Shown piece after piece: positions 48,403 through 56,996 of a stretch of DNA of 64,000 bases (position 1 is its first letter; the number at the start of each line of letters is the position of its first letter). The stretch covers positions 13,239 through 77,238 of IMG/VR virus record IMGVR_UViG_3300005656_000005; one strand, given 5' to 3'. A model generated the notes under the pieces. It was given only the letters and a program-made list of their open reading frames with translations. It ran no database searches and was not told where the DNA came from. This DNA comes from a virus. Lineage: Duplodnaviria; Caudoviricetes. The position numbers were made by a program, and so were the translations under genes.

Positions 48403-49389
48403 TTATTTGTTTGTTTTTTGTACCTCTGAATTAACCCAATTATACAGGCGTGTAATTCCCTGAATTAAAGGTTTTGATGGCGACCAATTTAAAACTGTTT
48501 CACAAAGTTCATTATTACTATTTCTGCCTCTTACACCCTGCACACCTTCGACATTTTTTATTGTAAGGTTTTTGCCCGAAATATCAATTATCATTTGTGC
48601 AAGATTATTAATTGAAATGAGTTCTGAACTTCCAATATTTATCGGGTTTGTATAGTCGCTATCTAACAGCCTTAATACGCCTTCAATTGCTTCGTCAATG
48701 TATAAGAAACTTCGTACAGCCTGACCATCTCCCCATACGTCTATTTCGTCACCATCTTTAGCCATTGCAACTTTACGGGATAATGAGGCCGGGGCTTTGG
48801 CTCTTATTCCGTCATAGGTGGTAAATTCACCAAATACATTATGAAAACGGGCAACCCTGATATTTAATCCTTTATTCCTGTAAAAGGAATCATATAGACA
48901 TTCGCTAAAAAGTTTTTCTATTCCGTATGCACTTTCCGGTCTGCTATGCCAAACCATATCTTCGGACAAAGAAACATTATCAGTACCCATTTGGAATTTT
49001 TCAGAATAAGCACAAGCTGATGAACTCCAAAATATTTTTTTAATTTTAAATAGTGAAGCATAGTGTGCCACATTCAAATTTAATAATGCTGAATCATACA
49101 TTATTTCTGAATCATTTTCACCTGTGGCTAAAAATCCCATTCCTCCCATAGAAGCACTATACTGAAAGCAAACATCGAATGAATCATTGCTTGTATAAAA
49201 CATCACTTTTGAAGCCTCTAAGGAATCCCTTAAATCACAAAATATATTTTCATCTGCCGGTGATTCGGTAAACTCATTTTTTTTAATGTCAACACATCTT
49301 ACCCAATACCCTAATTCTTTTAACTTGATAACTGTGTTAATTCCAAGAAATCCTTGTCCTCCAAAAACTATTGCCGTTTTTTGTTTCAT
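48403..49389 (-). CDS. NAD-dependent epimerase, GDP-mannose 3,5-epimerase-like
   Basis: GGQGFLG, MGGMGF, YGIEK, RFHNVFG, KAPASLSRKV, WGDGQAVRSF, GVRGRNS motifs characteristic of the GME subfamily. Confidence 0.85.
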   Translation of the reverse strand: MKQKTAIVFGGQGFLGINTVIKLKELGYWVRCVDIKKNEFTESPADENIFCDLRDSLEASKVMFYTSNDSFDVCFQYSASMGGMGFLATGENDSEIMYDSALLNLNVAHYASLFKIKKIFWSSSACAYSEKFQMGTDNVSLSEDMVWHSRPESAYGIEKLFSECLYDSFYRNKGLNIRVARFHNVFGEFTTYDGIRAKAPASLSRKVAMAKDGDEIDVWGDGQAVRSFLYIDEAIEGVLRLLDSDYTNPINIGSSELISINNLAQMIIDISGKNLTIKNVEGVQGVRGRNSNNELCETVLNWSPSKPLIQGITRLYNWVNSEVQKTNK

Positions 49390-49802
49390 ATTATTTTATT
49401 TATTATTAAAAATCTTCTGTGAACTGGATGTGTTTTTGTGGGTATTGATTCATAAAATTTCCCGTTCTTAGGAACTTGGTTTACCGATACCGAAAACACA
49501 AGTGAAACAGTATGCCTTTTATTCCCTTTTTGTACCTCTCTTGGGAACTCCATAAATCCTAACAATTTTGGAACGTAAACCCGTATCCCCATTTCTTCTT
49601 TTGCTATTCTGTTTATTGCTGAACCTATGCTTTCTCTGAATCTTATCCTACCTCCGGGCAAATGCCACTTTCCTTTATATGGCTCAATATCCCTTTTTAT
49701 CAAAAATACTTCACCTGCTTCAACCAATAAAATATCCACACATACCCTTGTTGACTTTGAGTAAATAAAGTTATAGTCTTTATCGGATAAATAGCCACTC
49801 AT
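49386..49802 (-). CDS. Nudix hydrolase, GDP-mannose mannosyl hydrolase-like
   Basis: VCVDILL...LIKRDIEPYKGKWHLPGGRI..RESIGSAINRIAKEEMG. Confidence 0.75.
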   Translation of the reverse strand: MSGYLSDKDYNFIYSKSTRVCVDILLVEAGEVFLIKRDIEPYKGKWHLPGGRIRFRESIGSAINRIAKEEMGIRVYVPKLLGFMEFPREVQKGNKRHTVSLVFSVSVNQVPKNGKFYESIPTKTHPVHRRFLIINKII

Positions 49803-50521
49803 TTTAGTTGTTTTATTTTATCTAATATTGATTGATGAAATCCTGGTGGTGTTCGGCTGACATTGTTTTGATAATGGCTACCTGAATGAACACGGTGAAA
49901 GTACTGTAATCCCTGTACTATTTTTATTTTTTTACCAGACCGGAGCCAGTTGTAACAAACATAGATTGAATCGGAAGTAACCGGGTTTACTGTACCATCC
50001 CAATTGTGTAGGTAGTTTTCCCTGTTGACAAAGTAGTTTGCCGCATTTAAACAGGTTTCAAACATGGGTTTATCAATCCACTCATTTACATTTTCTTTTG
50101 AAATTAACAGGGCTGAATACCCTCTGAAATCAAAGTTTGGCATTGCATATTCGGGAGTGTAAATTGTGTCTGCATCCCATTCAGTTATTTCAAATATTCT
50201 ATCCAGATAATCGGTATCAATGACATTATCTGAATCCAGCAAAATACAAAATGGTTGCTTGGCCCCAAATACTGCTGTTCTTTTGTTGAAGTAACAATCT
50301 TGATTGGAAAGGTTACGGCTTAAAGTTATCTTATTGCCATAAGACTGATTTAAAACATCAATAATTGTTTTTACCTGTTTAAATATTTCAAGATCGCTGG
50401 CATCATCTGAAATATAAATATCCGATATTCTTTCATCGGCAATAACCTTGCTGAAACTTTCTACTAAAACATCAACCCGGTTATATGTCGGGATTACAAG
50501 TGAAATTTTTCTATCTTCCAT
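49799..50521 (-). CDS. Glycosyltransferase family 2 (GT-A)
   Basis: ISLVIPTYNR...ISDDASD...ILLDSDN. Confidence 0.85.
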   Translation of the reverse strand: MEDRKISLVIPTYNRVDVLVESFSKVIADERISDIYISDDASDLEIFKQVKTIIDVLNQSYGNKITLSRNLSNQDCYFNKRTAVFGAKQPFCILLDSDNVIDTDYLDRIFEITEWDADTIYTPEYAMPNFDFRGYSALLISKENVNEWIDKPMFETCLNAANYFVNRENYLHNWDGTVNPVTSDSIYVCYNWLRSGKKIKIVQGLQYFHRVHSGSHYQNNVSRTPPGFHQSILDKIKQLK

Positions 50522-50834
50522 TTAGCTGTTTTACTCGTTTATTAAATTTTTTTATTGCGTTCTTTTTATTTAGTGCTGATACATAAACACAACCTGTTTT
50601 AATCAATACCTTTTTTACTATACCGGCATCAGCTTTATTTATTCTTGTGGGTAATAAGGCATCTACCTTTTCATATTCTGCAAGTTCTATATCTCCTGTT
50701 TGCGTATTTATTTGAAATAAGACATGGCCTCTTTGTGGTGTAATGGTTCCCAGCTTCTTTAATTCGTATTTCTTCTCTGCCTGGTTTACAATTTCAACTT
50801 TGTCTTTTTCTGGTATGTGCTTATCTAATTTCAT
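50511..50834 (-). CDS. Hypothetical protein
   Basis: 107-aa ORF in operon order. Confidence 0.55.
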   Translation of the reverse strand: MKLDKHIPEKDKVEIVNQAEKKYELKKLGTITPQRGHVLFQINTQTGDIELAEYEKVDALLPTRINKADAGIVKKVLIKTGCVYVSALNKKNAIKKFNKRVKQLNGR

Positions 50835-51088
50835 AATTGAAGCGTTAATTGTTTTACTGTTGGCAAATGTTGTTTTATTTCTTGTGGCTGCTCCGGTTCA
50901 CCATAAGGTGTGTGTGGAACGAATTTCAGAAACTTTCCTGACCTGTCAAAATAATCAAAGCCGCACTTGTCATTCCATTCTCCGATTGCTACTATTAAAT
51001 CTTTACTGCCACATTCACAAACCGCTTTTTTAATATGCGTTCTTAGTGGCATTATTTCTTTACAATTATTACAGTAGGATTGTGACAT
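50831..51088 (-). CDS. Zinc-ribbon small protein; start moved to MSQSYC
   Basis: CNNC...CECGS. Confidence 0.55.
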   Translation of the reverse strand: MSQSYCNNCKEIMPLRTHIKKAVCECGSKDLIVAIGEWNDKCGFDYFDRSGKFLKFVPHTPYGEPEQPQEIKQHLPTVKQLTLQL

Positions 51089-51089
51089 A

Positions 51090-51326
51090 TTATTTATTGA
51101 TAAAAATAATAAATTCTGATCTGTTTTCTGCACTGTCGGAAATATAACAATCAATTTCGTTTCCCTTTATGAACTTTTTAATCAGCCCCAGGTGTTCTTC
51201 TTTTCTTAAAACTGAACTGGATTTGCAGTACCATCCAACGGTTGTACTATCTGTTAAACTTTTTCTGATTGGATTAATAATCTTACAGTTTAGGCTTAAC
51301 AGATATTTTCTTAATTGTTCGTTCAT
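51090..51326 (-). CDS. Hypothetical protein
   Basis: 78-aa ORF, stop 1 nt before the next ATG. Confidence 0.5.
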   Translation of the reverse strand: MNEQLRKYLLSLNCKIINPIRKSLTDSTTVGWYCKSSSVLRKEEHLGLIKKFIKGNEIDCYISDSAENRSEFIIFINK

Positions 51327-51335
51327 GGTTTATAG

Positions 51336-52142
51336 TTAGTTCAGTTTTTCGTTAACCAGTGATTCATCCTGTCCTTCTAATCCCCATTTTGAAACTATTA
51401 AATAACCGCCATTAACGGGTTGCAATACTATTGGGTCAGGAATGTTTTGTTCAAGTTTATACCCGTCTGTTACTCTCATTTGGTTCATATCAAAATCTTT
51501 TACGGATGCACAGATTTTAAATTCGGGTTTTTCATATTCACTTTTCTGTTTAATATCAGTCCGGATTAGAGTGTCCCCCCTTCGCCAGTTTGCCGATGTT
51601 TTAATCCAACCATAACTTCCTTGATTTTCTGCACACGGCAAATAAAAACCTCTACTCAATACACCTCTACTGATATATTCATACTTATACCATCCGCAAG
51701 CATGTTTCTTGCAATCTTCTTCACGTAACTTAAATTTTGATATTTCTGTTACGTTCTTATCGGGTACATCACCAATATAGTATCCAACATTACCGCACAA
51801 TAAACCATACTTCTTACAGATTTTTTCTACCTCTTTTTCTGTAATGAATTTACTGTTTGGATAAAATGTTGAGTAATATTCAATGTGTTTGGCTAACTGT
51901 TCGCTTTCCTGTTTTGTTCTTATATCTTCTGCTGAATCAATGGATGGTTTTGAACTTACAAATCCTAATTTTCGTAGGGCTTCCCCTTTGGATGTATCAA
52001 TATTTTTAGCTAAGATACTCTTAGCTTCATTCAATAGCCTTTCGGTTGCTGTATCAAAGTCTGAATGAATTTGGGCAACCAATACATTTGTATCAACCTT
52101 TGGCTGTGCCAACTGCTGTACTTTTCTTTTTAGATTAAACAT
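51336..52142 (-). CDS. Hypothetical protein
   Basis: 268 aa, C-terminal DPIVLQPVNGGYLIVSKWG. Confidence 0.6.
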   Translation of the reverse strand: MFNLKRKVQQLAQPKVDTNVLVAQIHSDFDTATERLLNEAKSILAKNIDTSKGEALRKLGFVSSKPSIDSAEDIRTKQESEQLAKHIEYYSTFYPNSKFITEKEVEKICKKYGLLCGNVGYYIGDVPDKNVTEISKFKLREEDCKKHACGWYKYEYISRGVLSRGFYLPCAENQGSYGWIKTSANWRRGDTLIRTDIKQKSEYEKPEFKICASVKDFDMNQMRVTDGYKLEQNIPDPIVLQPVNGGYLIVSKWGLEGQDESLVNEKLN

Positions 52143-52170
52143 AATTGTATTTTTTATAGTTAAAAATAAT

Positions 52171-52314
52171 TTATCTTATTGGTATTACACTATCCCCACA
52201 TGACTGTTCTGTAGTTACTTCCCAATCCAATTCCTGTATTGATTCAGCACCTTCACTTACATTAAGTTCTGTTGGCTGTTTCGGCTCTTGTACTTCTTTT
52301 TCTTTTGGGTTCAT
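52171..52314 (-). CDS. Small acidic protein (47 aa), below cutoff
   Basis: MNPKEKEVQEPKQPTELNVSEGAESIQELDWEVTTEQSCGDSVIPIR*. Confidence 0.5.
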   Translation of the reverse strand: MNPKEKEVQEPKQPTELNVSEGAESIQELDWEVTTEQSCGDSVIPIR

Positions 52315-52319
52315 AGTTT

Positions 52320-52487
52320 TTATTTTATAAGTTTTTCTAATTGAATGATTTTTATTTTCAACTCCTGATATTCAGTTGGGTACTCCCCTTTCCTGTAATA
52401 AGGATTAGGAAATTTAAAGCAAGAATTTTTCCGTTGGTATAACCGGCGAATGACTTCTGCTGTAATATCTTTTTCAACCTGTGTCAT
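52320..52487 (-). CDS. Small protein (55 aa), below cutoff
   Basis: MTQVEKDITAEVIRRLYQRKNSCFKFPNPYYRKGEYPTEYQELKIKIIQLEKLIK*, TAATG-coupled to the ParB gene. Confidence 0.55.
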   Translation of the reverse strand: MTQVEKDITAEVIRRLYQRKNSCFKFPNPYYRKGEYPTEYQELKIKIIQLEKLIK

Positions 52488-53569
52488 TAACGGGCTTTGT
52501 TTTGTTTTTTATTTTTGTGAATCCAGGTTCTTACCTCTGCTAAATCTTTTTGCATCCACTTTACAATATCGGCTACATCTTTTTTACTGCCTTCCGGTAT
52601 GTCAAATTTATTTGTGATGGCCTCCAGTTTGTCGGCAAGTTTTATACAGTTCTGGATCTGCTTAACTTCATCCCGGCTTTCGTCATACTTAACCGTTCCA
52701 TCATCTTCCGTTTTTTCTGTGCTATTATTAGCAACTGTATTACCCACAAGGTCAAGTCCTTTTCTTTCGTATTCTTTTAATTCTGGATTGGTGGTGCGTA
52801 TTTCTTCTACCTGTTTATCCAGTTCGCCCAATTCTTTAATTTCACCGGCTAATTCATCTTTTGGAAACGGGGTAGGTGATGCCGTGTTTTTGTGGCTATC
52901 TTCTTCTACCTTGTCGGTTTGCTTATCGGCTTTCTTTTTCCCTTTTATCAATGTCACACATTCGGTCAGCTTCATATCAGCCAACATCATTTCATTTTTA
53001 ATGCGATCATCTGCGGAAGCAATTAAAATATAATTATCTACCTGCTGTCTGGAAACACCCATTAATTCCGCAACTTCTTCATTTGATTTTGGCTTTTCAG
53101 AATAATTAAATTTAACATCGTATGCCACGGCTGCGGATTCAAATGGTTTTAATTTTTTCTTGTGGTTATTTGAAGTATACTGGTTAACCATTCTATCCAA
53201 TTCGGTTACATCGTTTTTATTGGAGAAAAATTCAACCAATGTTTCAGGTGTCCATCCTTCCCGTTTCTTTTCAATAAGTAATGATATTGCTTTATGTCGC
53301 CTGTGGCCTTCTTCTATGTATGCCGTTCCATCTGGCAATATATCCAATACAAATGGGTCTTTGAGATTATGAATAAAAATAGATTCACTCAATTCCTGGA
53401 TTTCGTCAAACACAATCCGCTTATTAAAATTCTCCCGTACTTTTATTTTTGAAAATTCAATGTAGTAGCTTGCCCTTCCGGTCTGTTTAAAGTTTTCACG
53501 CAAATATTTTCTATTCGCAACTTCTTTGATTTCTAAATACGGTAAATTTAATTGGGTTGTTTTTGACAT
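52487..53569 (-). CDS. ParB/Srx N-terminal domain protein with HTH
   Basis: IKVRENFNKR...IQELSESI....LKDPF...YIEEGHRRHKAI; later NEEVAELMGVSRQQV HTH. Confidence 0.8.
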   Translation of the reverse strand: MSKTTQLNLPYLEIKEVANRKYLRENFKQTGRASYYIEFSKIKVRENFNKRIVFDEIQELSESIFIHNLKDPFVLDILPDGTAYIEEGHRRHKAISLLIEKKREGWTPETLVEFFSNKNDVTELDRMVNQYTSNNHKKKLKPFESAAVAYDVKFNYSEKPKSNEEVAELMGVSRQQVDNYILIASADDRIKNEMMLADMKLTECVTLIKGKKKADKQTDKVEEDSHKNTASPTPFPKDELAGEIKELGELDKQVEEIRTTNPELKEYERKGLDLVGNTVANNSTEKTEDDGTVKYDESRDEVKQIQNCIKLADKLEAITNKFDIPEGSKKDVADIVKWMQKDLAEVRTWIHKNKKQNKAR

Positions 53570-53582
53570 AAGTTTTAGTTTT

Positions 53583-53792
53583 TTATGTGATTATTTTATG
53601 TTTTAAAAATATTACTGCTTGTTTCTTGGGCAACATATCCGGTAGCATTAGTTCACCCTTTTTAACTGACATCATACCGGCGCATGGAACAACAGGCAGA
53701 ACCTCATAAACTATTTCCAGATCATCATCGTCTTTATAGAACGTATCCCCAGGTTTTAGATTGCTAAGTACTGTCAGTGTGTATTTTTTCAT
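53583..53792 (-). CDS. Hypothetical protein
   Basis: 69-aa ORF. Confidence 0.5.
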   Translation of the reverse strand: MKKYTLTVLSNLKPGDTFYKDDDDLEIVYEVLPVVPCAGMMSVKKGELMLPDMLPKKQAVIFLKHKIIT

Positions 53793-53962
53793 TTGCTTAA
53801 ATAAAGTGCTAATTCAATTTTATTATCAAACCTGTTCAATACAGAAACTATTTCATTCACACAAACAGTTTTTTTCTTTTGCAACCTCACCGGCTCCGGC
53901 ATAGCTAAGATAGCCTGTACCTTTCTCTGGGTTTCTGAAAAACGCCCTATTGGTTTTCTCAT
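53789..53962 (-). CDS. Small protein (57 aa), below cutoff
   Basis: MRKPIGRFSETQRKVQAILAMPEPVRLQKKKTVCVNEIVSVLNRFDNKIELALYLSK*, ATGA overlap with the next gene. Confidence 0.55.
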   Translation of the reverse strand: MRKPIGRFSETQRKVQAILAMPEPVRLQKKKTVCVNEIVSVLNRFDNKIELALYLSK

Positions 53963-53963
53963 T

Positions 53964-55094
53964 TTATTTGTTTAGTTTTTGTTTTACTTTTCTATATAGC
54001 ATTGAATTTATATAACTACGATTGTCTTTTCCGGTTGTACAATCCCCTAATCCTCTTACTATTTCCATTACATCATTTAAACTAAGACAGGCTACATCAG
54101 TGTTATCTGTTACTGTTTTTTCTGTGGATGGTGCGGGTCTTTGGGCAGGTTGGTAACTCAAAAATTCGTGTGCAAAGAATGGGAAGTTAGGATTAAACCC
54201 GCCTTTTTCTTCCATGTAAAAAACAAACTCATAACTGTGCTTGTCAGACTTTTCTATCTTGGATATTTTACCTTTGTTACTTTCATCACCAACGGAAATA
54301 ATTCTGTTATCTGATAAGCGTTTTACTGAATGAATTGGTTCTCCTTCTACATATTTGAAAGGACTGTCACCACCAACTTTAATTACACCCCGGAAACTAT
54401 CAACCACTTCTGTTATTTCCCATTCCTTACTATCCTTACCTGTATCTGTTTCGGGGTCATTGTCAAACATACCTGCATAGGCTTCTATATCTTTTTCTTC
54501 CTTACCTGTGTATGCTTTGTTATCGGGGTTAAGGGAGTTGTGTTTTGATTCATATAATTCAATAATTTTTTTGGCATCCTTGCTTGTTTCATCGGCTTTG
54601 ATACCACCCTTATTTAAGTCAACAAATGCTTTTAAATAACAAATAGCCAAATCAAGGTCTTCTCTTATAGCATCTACTTCGGATTGGGTGTACGTTCCTA
54701 TGTTGCCATATTTTGTGCCATCTTTATACCCCATTTGGTACATATCCATTTGGCTCATTATTCCTGTTTTCAAACCCTTATCCTCTACTACTGTATCTGT
54801 TTTTGGTTCGCCACCATTAAGTACGTTTTCTATGGCTTGTTTTATTGCTTCGTATCTTTCGATTGGGATATATCTTGTCGTATAAAAATGATAGTTTTGA
54901 GAATCATCTGAATATTGATTAAAACTCCTTACTTCTATCCTTTCCTTATCCTTAGATAGTGGTGGTTGCTTTGATTGTTTGAATTTGACAATATCTGCCC
55001 ACCTGCCATTATAAGGCGGTGGTTGATTTTCGGAAAAAACTAAAAACTCTCTTACAAGTTCATCTGTCCATTCAAACTTTGGTGTATTACTCAT
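53964..55094 (-). CDS. Hypothetical mosaic protein
   Basis: 376 aa, patchwork of short blocks. Confidence 0.55.
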   Translation of the reverse strand: MSNTPKFEWTDELVREFLVFSENQPPPYNGRWADIVKFKQSKQPPLSKDKERIEVRSFNQYSDDSQNYHFYTTRYIPIERYEAIKQAIENVLNGGEPKTDTVVEDKGLKTGIMSQMDMYQMGYKDGTKYGNIGTYTQSEVDAIREDLDLAICYLKAFVDLNKGGIKADETSKDAKKIIELYESKHNSLNPDNKAYTGKEEKDIEAYAGMFDNDPETDTGKDSKEWEITEVVDSFRGVIKVGGDSPFKYVEGEPIHSVKRLSDNRIISVGDESNKGKISKIEKSDKHSYEFVFYMEEKGGFNPNFPFFAHEFLSYQPAQRPAPSTEKTVTDNTDVACLSLNDVMEIVRGLGDCTTGKDNRSYINSMLYRKVKQKLNK

Positions 55095-55098
55095 GGTT

Positions 55099-55284
55099 CT
55101 ATTGGTTTAGATTGTTGATTTTTAGATAGTATTTTTCAAAGTATGATTTAGCTTTTTTATAAGTTCCGTTTGGTGGGAAATTTATATTTTTATTCACGCC
55201 ACCCTGTTCATAATATTCAGGAGTGCCATAAAATAAAACTTGTCTTACTACTTCCAAAACTTCTTTTTCACTATAAGTCTCATG
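55099..55284 (-). pseudogene. Startless or frameshifted small gene
   Basis: 61 open codons (HETYSEKEVLEVVRQVLFYG...NNLNQ*) with no in-frame ATG; the ATG at 55283 is one base out of frame and stops after 11 codons. Confidence 0.4.
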
Positions 55285-55320
55285 TTAATAGGTTTTATTG
55301 TTTACTTTGATTGGTAGTAT

Positions 55321-55605
55321 TTATTTTATTGGGTAACAAACTGTGTCAAACTTTTTATCTGCTTCTGCTGAAGGGTTCCCTTCGGGATATACTAATTTAT
55401 AGGCACTATCATATTTTGCTGAATAGTATTTATAAAGTTCATTGCCACATTCAGATTTTATAACATAATACTTTTCAACTGAATCATAGTACTTTGAAAG
55501 TAATGGACGATATTTAGGATATACGTGCTTACCATTTTTTACATACCCATCATTGCACCCAAAAATAAAAGCACACAAGACTAAGGATAGAATAATATAT
55601 TTCAT
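55321..55605 (-). CDS. Predicted lipoprotein
   Basis: MKYIILSLVLCAFIFG|C lipobox. Confidence 0.65.
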   Translation of the reverse strand: MKYIILSLVLCAFIFGCNDGYVKNGKHVYPKYRPLLSKYYDSVEKYYVIKSECGNELYKYYSAKYDSAYKLVYPEGNPSAEADKKFDTVCYPIK

Positions 55606-55674
55606 AATTGGTAGTATTTATGTGTTTTGTGGTTGAAGATTAGATTCCCTTTCCTTTAGTAGTTCTGTTGAGGG

Positions 55675-56064
55675 TTAATTAACAGGAGTGAAAACATATT
55701 TTTTATTTTCGCTTGCCTCTTTTTTAAAGTACATTTTTGCAAACCCTTTTGCTTTACAGCTATCAGTAAATGTTATTGCCTCATAATCATATCCCATATT
55801 TGAATAAAAGTCAGACCCCGAAATGTACCTTTTAAGTATTAAGTAATGAGGGAATTTATTGATGTGCATAAATAAAATCGCATATTCCCCTGTTGATTCA
55901 TTTTTAACTAACGAATATTGGTATGGTAATTTAAACTCACAATCGCTTTTTACTACATATTTTTTGTATAGCAAATCATCGTTAGATTTATCAACTATAA
56001 ACACAATATTATACCCAATCCAACATATACAAACGATGGTTAAACAAATAAGTAATACTTTCAT
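55675..56064 (-). CDS. Membrane-anchored or secreted hypothetical protein
   Basis: MKVLLICLTIVCICWIGYNIVFI hydrophobic N-terminus. Confidence 0.6.
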   Translation of the reverse strand: MKVLLICLTIVCICWIGYNIVFIVDKSNDDLLYKKYVVKSDCEFKLPYQYSLVKNESTGEYAILFMHINKFPHYLILKRYISGSDFYSNMGYDYEAITFTDSCKAKGFAKMYFKKEASENKKYVFTPVN

Positions 56065-56097
56065 AACATTTAAGGTTTAGATGGTGAAGGCTTAGAT

Positions 56098-56316
56098 TTA
56101 CTTTTTGTTCTTAATCGTATCGGCTTGAATTTGTGGCTGTATTTGCCCAACTACTTTTTGAATTACCCCTTTCCTGGCGTTTGGTGCTACATCTCCCTGA
56201 TCTGAAATTAAAATATTCCATTCCTGCAAACTCAACTTTGCTACATACTCTTTTTCGGGTTCAGGAATAAAGGAAATTAAAACTGCTGCGAATAAAAATA
56301 ATAGTACTTTTTTCAT
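56098..56316 (-). CDS. Secreted small protein
   Basis: MKKVLLFLFAAVLISF signal-like N-terminus. Confidence 0.55.
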   Translation of the reverse strand: MKKVLLFLFAAVLISFIPEPEKEYVAKLSLQEWNILISDQGDVAPNARKGVIQKVVGQIQPQIQADTIKNKK

Positions 56317-56332
56317 GTTGTTGTTTTAAATT

Positions 56333-56764
56333 TTAAAATAATTCTGTTTGTTCCAATCTTTGAGTGATAATATTTTCTTTTTCTTTCTTAGCGTTTTCAC
56401 CTTTAGCAATTAATACGTTTGCGAAATCAGCTACATGGCTTTCATCTGGATTAAATCTTTCTGGTGGTTTAACATTTGCGTATTCTGATCTACGGGAACT
56501 TAAAGCATAAACAATGCAAGGGTTTCCATCCGGTGAATTTCTGCGTAACCCAGTATCGAATAAAGCCCCGTCCACAGGATTTGATAACTCTGATACGCCT
56601 GTGCGCTTCCATACCTTTTCAGGCTTGCATCTTATCTGTGCTGCAATCTCATAATTTGTTCCGTCCATGATCCACTCCAAAGCCAAGATTATTTTTTTAT
56701 TAATCGTGTCCCTGGCATTTGGAGCCATGATTACAGAATATGCAAAACGGCTTGTGTCAGTCAT
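56333..56764 (-). CDS. Hypothetical, possible winged-HTH protein
   Basis: GTNYEIAAQI...VWKR..SEL...DTG.RR...G....VY. Confidence 0.45.
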   Translation of the reverse strand: MTDTSRFAYSVIMAPNARDTINKKIILALEWIMDGTNYEIAAQIRCKPEKVWKRTGVSELSNPVDGALFDTGLRRNSPDGNPCIVYALSSRRSEYANVKPPERFNPDESHVADFANVLIAKGENAKKEKENIITQRLEQTELF

Positions 56765-56774
56765 TCGGTTTGTT

Positions 56775-56963
56775 TTAAGTATTAATGCTACTATTAGCGT
56801 TTACTTTTTCTGATATTTTCCTAATACGCTTTATTTTTTGCTGAAACTTTTCTGCTTCTGTTTTTCTTTTTTCAAATTGGCTACGAATTAACTTAGCAAT
56901 ATTCTTTTCTCTTTTAGAACTTGGCCTTAATTGAAAAAACTCTATTTTCTGTAATTCCTGCAT
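56775..56963 (-). CDS. Small basic hypothetical protein
   Basis: 62-aa K/R-rich ORF. Confidence 0.45.
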   Translation of the reverse strand: MQELQKIEFFQLRPSSKREKNIAKLIRSQFEKRKTEAEKFQQKIKRIRKISEKVNANSSINT

Positions 56964-56996
56964 AATTTTAATTCGATGGTTTTAAATATTCTGCTA

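Noticed and set aside
41514-50521. DNA hypermodification role for the glycosyltransferases
   Set aside because: No hydroxymethylase, TET/JBP or nucleotide-kinase partners in the window and the GT families are glycan-chain types; kept only as an alternative
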